A stretch of 64,000 nucleotides of DNA from Lingula anatina (lineage: Eukaryota; Animalia; Brachiopoda): positions 4,092,001 through 4,156,000 of the forward strand of contig CM120649.1 of assembly GCA_051362555.1 (NCBI GenBank), read 5' to 3'. A program made the position numbers and the translations under genes. Under the pieces are notes generated by a model that saw only the letters and a program-made list of their open reading frames with translations, was not told the origin of the DNA and did not search any database. Below, piece by piece: positions 12,387-23,208 of this stretch; position 1 is the stretch's first letter; every line of letters starts with the position of its first letter.

Positions 12387-14531
12387 ATGGAGACCCGTGT
12401 GTTGATTGGTTTCTTTGTCGTGTTTTGCATTGCGAATGTCTCGGTCGCAGCTCCTGTGGACGAATCTCAAAGCGTCAAGGACAGTAACGACGAGGTAAAG
12501 ATGTAAACTGTTAAATAAAATTTCAACAATAAATATTACTGAACTTTTGTCTTCACACGCTGCTGATAAAATAAACTAATACCCCCGTCACACTTAATCG
12601 GAATCAGCAGGAATCAAGAAGAATGAGGCTGAATGAAGAATTTTAAAAATTCGCACCACATTCGGGAAAAAAGTTCAAATTGACCTTAATTTTTGTAAGA
12701 GGACCGTTGGAATACTCAGAATGCGCTTGAATTCGCCTGGAATGATAAGTGCACTTTCGGCTGTATTAGCTCTCAAATGCAGTTCGAATGTTTAGTTGGA
12801 AAACTAGGAATATCTATAATGCTGTCAGAATGCAGTAAGAATATTTAGAATACACTTTGAATGGCGTACTAGTGTAGTTCGATTGCTAGCAAAATTAAAA
12901 TTTCAGCTCATCCGATGCACATTCGAAACATTCTGGCGGGATTTTATACTCCCGTCACACAAGAGGCGGAATGATTAAGAATGGCGTCGGAAATACAATT
13001 CTTTGTGCATTCCTGGATATTCGAAGAGCATTCTAAAAATTCCGAGTGCATTCCAAATATTTTACACATTCTTGTGGCCGGCTCGAATGTGTTGCTCATG
13101 TCAAAAACTTTCGAAGTGCATTCCAAGTGGAAAATTACCGAATGGCATTTGAACATTATTCTAACTGCACTATGACTGCATTCTAAATATTCTTACGGCA
13201 TTCCGACAGCATTTGAAACATTCTAATCAGTTACCATTCCAGTGGCATTATTTATATACTCTGGGCATCGTGTTACATGAAACATTAAACATGTTAGAAA
13301 GTAATTTTAGTATTTTACTTATTTCAGCTGCATTCTGTTTGAATTCTTTATAATTCAAACCATCATTGGCAGCCATACCGGGAGCATTTTGACTGCATTT
13401 GAGTTCGCTTCGTATATCATTCGAGGCACCTTCTTACATACTTCAGCCTGTATTCGGCCAGCAGTCAAACCACACCGGTACGGCATTTGAATTTCATTCG
13501 GAATATTCTGACTGCATTCTAACAACATTCGCAATATTTCCTCCCGATTATGGCACGAATTTTTCAATTATTTTATTCCATCTGGTTCTGCTTGATTCCT
13601 ACTGGTTCAGGATAAGTTTGACAGGGCCCTTAAGTCACGTGCCAGTTCGAATATCCCTCGAATGTGATCAGAATGTCTCGAATGTTGCCAGAATGCTGTG
13701 AGAATATTTAAAATGCAGTCATAGTGTAGTTAGAATACTATTCAAATGCCATTCAATAATTTTTCACTTGGAATGCAATTCGAAAGTTTTTTAACATTCG
13801 GGCCGACCACAGTAATGGGTAAAAATTTTTGAAATGCACTCGGAATTTTTAGAATGCTCTTTGAATATCCAGGAATGCACAAATAATTGAATTTCCGACG
13901 GCATTCTTGCTCATTCTGCCTCTAGTGTGACGGGGGTATAAGACAAAGTGAAATAAATTCTCCAGCCAACACTGCCCTTGACTATGACATAAGTGCTGTA
14001 GAAATCTTGAACAATATTAAAGTATAGGATTAGACATGAAAGTGGCAGTATATAATGAATGGAATCTGTGAATTTTATACAAGTATGGTGGTTTTTATCT
14101 GTGTATATGATAAATTTATCCCGAAAATGAAGTTTTTAAGAGCGACAGAGAAATGGAGGGAGAGGGGGGAGGTGAAGAAGAAAAAATGGCTTAAAAGGTC
14201 TAATTTTTGCCTTTCAAAAATTGCCATAAACATTTATTTTCACAACTACGTAATATACTTAAAATTCAGATATCTAATTTAAGCATTATAGATTTTAATT
14301 CTAGTGAATAGAAAATCCTTTTGGACAGTGTGTCATATTTTATCATTTTAGGCCATGGTAAGAGCCAAACGTGGACATTGCATTTGGCAATGTGGCTACT
14401 GGGGTCACTTCTTGACCTGTCCAAGTGGGTTCTTCGTCCGGGGAACTTGCAGCTCTGGATTTAATCCAGATTGTTCTCATACCCACTGCGGCAGAAAGAC
14501 CTGGCACGCCATCTTGTGTTGCCCGAAATAA
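12387..14531 (+). CDS. Secreted 8-Cys prepro-peptide, copy 1 (95 aa; exons 12387-12494, 14352-14531)
   Basis: METRVLIGFFVVFCIANVSVA-APVDESQSVKDSNDE|AMVRAKR-GHCIWQCGYWGHFLTCPSGFFVRGTCSSGFNPDCSHTHCGRKTWHAILCCPK*. Phase-0 GT-AG intron, signal peptide, furin-type RAKR site, conserved across paralogs. Confidence 0.92.
12580..13938. mobile_element. Composite non-autonomous DNA transposon(s) in the intron of peptide copy 1
   Basis: Termini TACCCCCGTCACACT / AGTGTGACGGGGGTA; internal related termini at ~12946 and ~13616-13632; interior rich in GAATGC/GCATTC motifs. Confidence 0.75.
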
Positions 14532-16275
14532 ACTTGTGCAACAACATCCGTCGTATTCAGATATATACACAAGAATGCTTTACAAACTGAGCAGAATTTT
14601 GAATTTCATTGATGTAAAAGATAAAAACTTAGTTGGAAACTATTCGGTTTATTATCTTTGCTGTTTTGGAGTGTATTCACTTCGCAGTTGGTCAAATAAA
14701 AGAATTGTTTTATTTCTGAAAATGGCTATTTGATACTGCACATAGGAAGAATGACACCCCCCCCCCCCCCATGTGACTTTTCCACGTGTTTGTAAAATAA
14801 ATGTTATAGTGAGTAATGACGACAGCAGTTTGGAGCTTCCGAACGTTTATTCACCGACTCTTGCTTCATACAACTTCACAAATATTTAAACTCGATTTCT
14901 CCGTACTGATCACGCATTTACTTGTTTTCTTTTCCATTGTCTTTGCGTGATTACAAAATATTTTCCATTCGCATGTTGCAAGTCACTATGCAACATTTCC
15001 TTATTAGGTAATCCCTAAGAGACTTGTTTTCAATTAAATTTATCTAAAATATTATTTGGATTACTCATACTTGGACCTTATCCAAAACTCAGTTATCATG
15101 TGATAAATAGATGATCGAAATTAAAATATGTTATGAGATTAACCAATCACATTAATTGTTACTGACTTTGACCTTTTCCATCTTTTTCTGACACTAAAAA
15201 CATGTACTACACTTGTTGACTCTTGGTGAAACTTAACTTACACTCAATGACTTTTTGTCTTTTTACTCATTTGATTCCGCTTTAATTGTTTTCTGTAATT
15301 AGTGAAAGTGTAAGTAATTTGCTTTACAACATAAAGGTCTACCCCAAATTATTTTCAGTTCATTTTCACGAAGTCGCCTTTTCTTGACCCATAAATTCTT
15401 CAGAAGCCAGTGCGAACAACAGAATAAAATGCCTATTTATCAGTGTACATTCTTGATCAAAGATATCTTATGCGGGGTTTCTCGACGAATCGAATTTTCC
15501 TTGAAAAAAGGTGATTTTCCCCAACTCTCGAACGGTCCGTGCACTTGGATTTAAGAGCAAACAACAACTGATTCCTGTAGTTATTAAAGAACAGTTATAA
15601 AAAAAAACATTTAAAAAGCCTGCCACGGCAAGTAAAAGTTAACAAGTAAATAAATAAATTAGTAATCTCCCATCTCATCTTCTGTGTCAGTCTGAATCAT
15701 TGCAGTCTTTTTCCAGCTCAGGGATTAAAGTGAAAACGTGTTATGCGATTCCTTTGTGATAAAGTTTCTTGTAAGTAACAACTTTACCAACTTGATGTCG
15801 CTTTCTTGATTTATCAATTGCCTAATTTTTCAAGATTTCAGGGTCTGCTACGGCATCCCTACCCATATTGTCAGAAACTCAGAACTTTTAAGGAAATTAA
15901 TCTTTTGCATTTTTTCCTGGCGTTGGTCTTTGCGTTTCCTGGATTTTGCTCTCCACTGCCTTAAGATGGGTACATGCTATATTGTTACTCTCTTCTTTCT
16001 TCAATTATTTTCAAGGCCTGCAAATTAAAATTCAGTTACTTCGTATTACCCAAGCATTTCACATTAAATTTGTGTACAAATTTTGATTTTTGACAACGTT
16101 TTAGTTTACCTTTTTATGAAAACTTTCTTATTGTCCTTTTCCACCAAATTGTTTAATTTATCAACTTAATCACTTAAGTTATGTTGAAGCACTTTTGAAT
16201 ATTTTATATTGCTGAGGTGAGCCGGCCTCAACTCATCAATTTGGAGATTTATTCTTGTATTGTGAATATTTGTAT

Positions 16276-16313
<38 letters not shown>

Positions 16314-17118
16314 CAGTGTTTGTTTGTGTGTGTGTATATTAATTATTTTTGTGCACCACATTGCACTATATATGTAATTCTAGAAAATCGTAAAAAAATC
16401 CATCATTAAACCTTAAACTTGGTAATTCAAATTTCCAGAAAATATAAATGCTGCACATTTATTAAAAAGAAAACAGTTGTAGACACTTTGTTATTGTCAC
16501 GTACATCTTACAGCACCATGCAATCTGAAATTAACCCCAGTAATGTAACTACTTATAAACAGGCAACTCTTGAAATTACAAAAAAAAAATCATTCCATTG
16601 TATTTTATATCCTAAAGTTTTACTGTAAATTCTAATTGGTCATTTCTGATGCATAGGCCTCTATCAGGCGTACGTACGAATGCCCTACATTCATCGCCTT
16701 GTCATCACTATACTTTGATACGCGAGCACGGGTTAAATATTATTTTTACTGTTCTCTGTCTCTGTAAGCAAGATTAATGAAACTAAATACTGGGACTACA
16801 TTTCTGCTTATTGTTGCCCTTAACATGAATAGTTTCTCCGGGTAGGTTACTTAACTCTCGGACCTGGGACTGGCTTATTCCTAATTATATCAGGTGCGGT
16901 GACTGTGTTTGGTAAATAGATAAAAAGAACCTAATGACTAAAAAGACGTCAAACTACATGTATTCCCGCTGTTTTAGAATTTCCTTTTTCTGTCATCTTT
17001 AAATGGGTGGACATGTAATTTTTTAAAATTTATTACTTTAAAGAGATATATTTCTGATTTTGACTTCCCTTCCGTAACTTAGAATTGAATTTAAGAGCGA
17101 AGGTAAACTGTATAAATC

Positions 17119-17182
17119 CCATTCCGCCTAAAAACCTAGAAACATAGAGCTTACAGAGATTACAGCTGGTTATAAAGTAAGC
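17119..17182 (+). pseudogene. Orphan type-A non-coding exon 1 of a decayed peptide gene copy (signal exon absent)
   Basis: ~16000-17250 matches the reverse complement of ~36050-36900 (copy 3 upstream region), with a donor at 17177. Intron-2-like sequence follows at ~17490 with no METxVL exon. Confidence 0.55.
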
Positions 17183-17654
17183 GTTTATATTTACGTAATA
17201 TTTTAATAGTTGTGCTTTTTAAAGATTTAGAAGTGTTAACTCACCTTATCATAGAGGAAAATGTTTGATTATAGTGTTTTTACTTTATTGTTGTAAGTTT
17301 TTGAATTGTGCTTTTGGAGGGGGGGGGGGGGGGGAGTCGTAAATCGAATATGCAAACTTACCGGACCATTGAGGAAAATGTTTGAGAATATTATTACATT
17401 ACCATTTCGCTTGTGGAAGCAGCAAAACATAGAATATTCGTCATAGCGAATCTTACATTTTTCTTTCATTATAGTCCTGATATTTGAATATTGACAAAAT
17501 TAAATGTAGATTTACATCTTAAGACAGAAAGGCGACTGTATACCCCCCCCCCCCCCCCGCCCCCCCGGCACATATTGAACGGTTACAGTGAATTATGTGT
17601 TTTCATTTTGTTTTGATTAGTGTTAACAACATTTCTATCAAAAAGTGAAGCTTT

Positions 17655-17698
<44 letters not shown>

Positions 17699-18138
17699 CG
17701 GCTGGAGAAGAAGAATATATTTACAGTGAATTTTTTAAAGATCAAATAATTCAGAAATTGAAGCTTTCAGAAAGAAAGGGGGAGAGGGCGAGAGGGGGGT
17801 GGGCAAAGATGAATAAGAAACGGATGAAGCAATTCACAAATACTTATCATTCAGGCATTGCTTAGCACACAAGTTTATAGATAGGACTCTGGGAATTGTT
17901 TGGGGTAGGGTGTGATATGGTGATGTAGGGAAATTGCTGACATTTCTATACAATTTAACGTTATTTTTGTGACGGTTTTTGCTTTGCCTTGATATCGCTA
18001 ATCCCTCCATTTTGCTCACTAATAGGGGATAAATGCAACAATTCAAAATATTTTTAGAATATTAACAGATATATGTGGTATTCATATTATTGCATATGAT
18101 TGCTCATATCTGAATACTACAAGTATTTTTTCGAGTTT

Positions 18139-18253
18139 TTTCGAGTAACAATAGATGGCGTACTACGTCTTACTGTGGGTATGAGAAAAATCAGCATTTT
18201 TTCCCAGAGCTGCACGCTTCATGGATAAAGATCCCACTTGGACAGGTCAAGTA
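18139..18253 (-). pseudogene. Degraded fragment of the peptide mature-domain exon
   Basis: Minus strand reads YLTCPSGIFIHEACSSGK-(frameshift)-NADFSHTHSKT*YAIYCYS; 5' part missing and several Cys lost. Confidence 0.8.
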
Positions 18254-18423
18254 GTCTGATCAGTTAATTAGTTATCACCTATTGTGAATGGCCCCTGAGA
18301 TGAACAACAACTGTGAGCATAGATGGTTGTACATAATTACTGTTCTGCTAATTACAGTTATAGTTCAGGATGCGGAGAGGGGGTGGCAGGAACGTGGCTA
18401 TCTTCTTAACGGACCAAGATATA

Positions 18424-18960
18424 CACTGAGACTAAAATTGGAGTCATTTGACTCTCTAGTCAGAGTCCAGCACCCCTTGACCCTCATGGAGTTAATTTGA
18501 CTTGATAAGGGTCAAATCACCCCACTACCAGTCTTTAGACTCTCTTATCAGAGTCAATCACCCCCTGGCTCTCATGGAGTCAATCTGACTCTAAAATCAG
18601 AGTCAAATTACCGGGGGCCGGTGTCTGGATGACCCCTTTCACCGACTCTTTTCGCTCGCTGGACAGTAAGCCTCGTTTCAGTACTTGTGATGGCAGTGAG
18701 CAGACGGCGTGGAGAGAACAGTTTTCATCATCCTTTGTCCGTAAAATCATTACTTTATTGGTCATAGTTGGTTTTATGCATGAACAAGTGGTTTTCTGTG
18801 TGTTTCTGCATGCAGAACTCGTGCACTTATTACTTTCAGTTGCCCACACCCTTTATGTGATATGTTGGTATACAGGTCAGCAGGTTTTGTTTCCAGGTTG
18901 TAGGTTTGACCCGCCAATGCATGTCACTGGGGAGGTATGCTCACTCATTGGCAAATTTGT

Positions 18961-19038
<78 letters not shown>

Positions 19039-19462
19039 ATGCTGTTTATTACCGGATTTACAAATTGTTTGTTATTGCTGTGTTACATCAAATTCTGTAT
19101 GGCCTTATGGTTGGAGTGTCCGCTTCCGAAGCTGGAGGAGGCGGTTTCAAGCTCGTCCAGGGACTAAGCTTTTCTGATAAACGATACCTGCTGTCTTCCC
19201 GTTTGGCACTGTTATTTTTGTTGTTACCTTTTTCATAATGTGTCAAGGAGTCAAAAATTCCTTAATATGGGGTCATGGTGACTCTTTTGTAGAGATAAAT
19301 CAAGGGATGAAGGGATGTGTGAATGGAGTCAATTGTGACCCTCCTGTGGGGTCTGGGAGGGCGTTACTCCATCGGAGTCAACTTGACTCCAATTGGGAGT
19401 TATTTTAGGCACCACTGCTGGACTCCAAGTTTGGAGTCACTTGGACTCCGATTTTCTCAGTG
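18424..19462. mobile_element. Non-autonomous DNA transposon with CACTG termini (EnSpm/CACTA-like)
   Basis: TA-CACTGAGA...TCTCAGTG-TA with many subterminal GAGTC/GACTC motifs. Empty site GGACCAAGATATACCGACATG in the duplicate segment at ~26170-26190. Confidence 0.8.
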
Positions 19463-22080
19463 TACCAACATGTTGCATATCAATAAAAATCGTTTTAATT
19501 TAAATATATTTTCATTTCATATTCTTATTTTATAATTTAATAGTTGAATAAGGAGATATAACGCTTCAAATGTTTTCTCAGAGAAGATTCAGACCAGTGA
19601 CAAAATCAAGTACAACCGCCAACCCATAAAAGATGGCATTTATTCGGTAGATCTAAACTCTGTCTGACGGAATGCGCCTGGGGTTTCATTATACCATTAA
19701 ACCAGCCCAAGTGATGTGGGTGACTGGGAAAAGATGTATACCCTAGTACTTCTATACTATGATAGTGCAGTTTATAACCCTGTACCAAGACAGATGTGTT
19801 ACGTATTTATTTGGAGTGGGTTGAACAGTATTTAGAAAAAAAAACAGAAATAGAAAAAGTGGCATAAACATAAATACTTCAGAACTAACAGTGAGGGTAT
19901 TAATAGATGTTTTCATCTGTTTGCTGCCAGATGCTCCTCATAGCATCTCTATTATATTTCGGCTCCAAAAGGAATACCTTTCCTACTACACAACATTTCT
20001 ACTTGGCATCAGTTGTTTCAGAGGGGATGGGGGCATGGTGTTTTCGAGTTTCTCACTCTGTTTCTGGGATGCCACATTCTAACCCCCCCCCCTACCCAAA
20101 CAAAAATAATACTTCATGTATAACAACTGAAACGAGACAAAACCAAGTGATTTTGCCATCGACATCTGGGCTCTATATATTATATTTAAATGTAAACTTT
20201 TACAATTGTCAATCTTCGTATACTGTTTTGTTCTTGCCGAGCGAAATGGTTCGATACAGTTTAATCCTCATGCCCCCCCCCCTTCCAGGAGTATTATAGA
20301 TGGCAACTGTTACACGCTCACTGCAATAGAAATTATGAATATGAATAATGGTTAAAGAGAGAGATAGAGAGGGGGGGGGAGAGGGGGGGCTGGGTGACAA
20401 TAGTATGAGAAAAATGCTAGGTGGGGGGCAGCTGTTAAAGTACGAAGTTATTATTAATATAATTTAGCATTTGAATTATCAAGTCGTATAATGGTTCACA
20501 AAACACACCTTATGTTTGATTCAAAAACCAAAGGAGAGAAAAAAAGAAAACCTTCCTTTTTACCTACAAGCAAATCTTAACTATGAAGTATATGCTTTAG
20601 TTTATTCAGCCTCAAAACAACATACTCAAGTATCACGGATCTTAGTTTGTGAGGAGATCAACTTTTTTCTAGGAAACGAAGAACGGTGTTGACTGTTGAT
20701 TTACCAAAGAAAATAAAACAGCTGATTTGTATGACATTATTGTTTCCCATATCGTATATCCATCTGAGTTTCGACGGCGATTCTTCTCTATCCAGCATTC
20801 AATAGCAAACTTTCCAAACTTTTAGACCAAATTTTTGCCCTGTTTTGGTTCAAGATAAACAAAAGTAGCCCACTTCAAATAATGTTCTGAATCATGAACA
20901 GCGCATTTTTAAAAACATAAAATGGGCACAATATTTTAATTTGTCTTCTACTGGTTTATTATGGATCAAAAGTGGACTTAATTCTAAGTCTATCAATACC
21001 GACTGATTGATTTTCGGACTTAAGTTCTCTTGTCAAGAGACCCTTCCTCCCCCCCCCTTTCCCCGGCTAGTGTTGGCCTTAATTAAACTCCCTTTACACT
21101 GGACGGCGTGCTTTCTGTGTCCTTTGTGAGACCATGAAACTGACATCGCTGTGGTGGTATACAGGAGGTACAAGCATCGCTTTGGTTGCAGGATGAACGC
21201 CCCATGATCGGCTAGTTGTCAGCACGTAAAGTATCTTTTTTACTTTCAAACGGTACCGTACTAAGAGACGCAGGGGGTTCAGTGTAAGCGGTTAACAGAA
21301 GTCAGCTCTCACCAGATTCTGAAACAAAGGGCTGCGAGAGACGGACTCAGTGGCCGACATACTCCATATTTGTTGATTTCTGACTGTATTAACATGCAGG
21401 ATATGAGATATCGTTAAAGGCTCGTGTCATATACCTTACCTCTGCCCACACACATGCCTGTTCTTACACCTGTTTAACTGAGCGTCTGCGACTTGGTGCT
21501 TAATCCAATAAGCTGGCCATCCGTCCGTCATTCATTCGTTCGTTCATTCATTCATTCATTCATTCATTCACTCATTCATTCGTTATTGCATCTATTCCGA
21601 AAAATAAAACATTGTGAAATGGTCATCACAGGGTCAGCAATGGGCAGGGAAACTTGGATAAATATGTCTTTAAGTGTGGTCAAAATGAGTGAACCTGATG
21701 AAGGAATAAATGTACCCATAAAGATATGATTTACATTTTATTTATTTATTTATTTATTTATTTATTTCGAACCTTAAGCAGCCACTTTTGCGATGAACAT
21801 ATCTCAAACCTGATCGGAAAAGGTTTTATAGTTTCGATTTACCTTACTCAAGAAAATGCTAATGTCTGTTTGATATTCTGTCACTAACTTAGTAACTTGA
21901 ACTGTAAGATAAAAATAGACAAAATGTAAACATAACGTCTTCCTCTGAATAAAAAAATATATAGTTTGGAAACACAATTCGTCACGATTTTTACCTGGGA
22001 GATAAAAATCGTACCTTTTCAGGGAACTTATAGTAAATAAGCCCCTTGATAGGAACCTATGGATTGAATGGTGTTTTTGA

Positions 22081-22291
22081 CCCCATTCCCACAGATTTTA
22101 GATCGATCTATCCCTGTGGGGAGTCTCACTAGATTACTGTCAGCTTAGCCGGCTTAAATGTCTGTCCCGCCTACTAATAGCTGTAAGGGGGTAATTAACT
22201 ACCGTGCGAGCTCGGCTGACAGCAATTTAGCGTGAACCCCCAGGGAGTTAGGTCGATCCAGATGGATCGATCTAAATCTATGGGAATGCAC
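22081..22291. mobile_element. Palindromic MITE (second copy at ~50218-50400)
   Basis: TIR-like CATTCCCA(C/T)AGATTTTAGATCGATC ... GATCGATCTAAATCTATGGGAATG; absent from the paralogous site at ~11290. Confidence 0.7.
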
Positions 22292-22420
22292 TCTTTGTTG
22301 CAACATATTATTATAAGATGGAAATAGCTATAAGTCATGCATTGTGAATTCAATGTAATGTTGCTTGAATAGGGCGCAGTCTTCCAAATCGTATTTTCTA
22401 GAAAACAGCGGTAAACAAGT

Positions 22421-22577
22421 TTCTAAGAAAAATGGAAACAATTTTCATTTATGTCCATCACAACGTATAACTAAAATGGTATGAATATAAGTATGATCAA
22501 TTTATCTGGATGGCCATTCTGCCTGGCAGCCTGGAACCACTGACTTTGAAGCGGTTGCAGATGGTAATTAAGTAAGT
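22421..22577 (+). promoter_or_regulatory. Duplicated type-A promoter and exon 1, upstream of the 168-aa Cys-rich gene
   Basis: TTCTAAGAA (22421), TATAAG (22486), CCATTC, donor AA|GTAAGT at 22572; homologous to 11451-11607. Confidence 0.5.
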
Positions 22578-23208
22578 TTTTAACGATTACCTTTTTTTCT
22601 TTACTGTATAATTGAGCGTGGGGTAATGATTTAGAAAGTGACATTTAAACAGACCATTGATGAAAATGTTTAAGAATGCTGAATTGGCAAGCCGGTAAGC
22701 AAACAAACAAACAAAATAAACAAAATGATGTGATTTTCAGTTTTAAATTCAAACGAGCATAGGAACATCCAAAAAAGAACGAATATCTACACAAGGTGGT
22801 CGTAGATATTATCATTTATCATATTTTATTTAACTGTTTTTTCATAATCATCGTTATCAGTTCTGTAATACTATTTTATGGTATTATTGCACTTTTGCTA
22901 AAAGTGATGGAATAAACTAACAGAATATTGCATCTGCGATTTCAATAAATTCAAACAAAGACATAATGAATTATTGATCGAACTGCACGTAAGATGGTGA
23001 AGATTAAAAGATTAATAAATAAACAATTTACGAAAAAAGTGACAAGTTTAATTGTACCCAGGACTTTAGAATCGATCAAATGGTAGAATCAATTAGACGT
23101 TTCTCTCTTCTCGCGCTATCCCAGCGTCAACAGAAATAGTGTTTAATAAATAGCCGAACAGGGTTGTCTTTTCTGAGACCGTATCACTCTTTTTTCAGTC
23201 GTGTTCAG

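Larger units (their letters stand above)
19700..22830 (+). repeat. Segmental duplicate of ~8550-11970 (upstream region, promoter and exon 1 of peptide copy 1)
   Basis: Long colinear similarity, e.g. ORFs 10087 and 19891 are near-identical translations; CTGTTTAACTGAGCGTCTGCG plus a (TTCA)n tract occurs at 10681 and 21470. Confidence 0.85.

Noticed and set aside
14343-14733. Conserved-looking ORFs such as SPDEEPTWTGQEVTPVAT (also at 31273, 34683, 39441, 43049)
   Set aside because: Antisense or off-frame shadows of the peptide exon.
18629-19238. 182-aa and 110-aa ORFs with YI/CV repeats
   Set aside because: Translations of (TA)n/(TG)n microsatellites inside a transposon.
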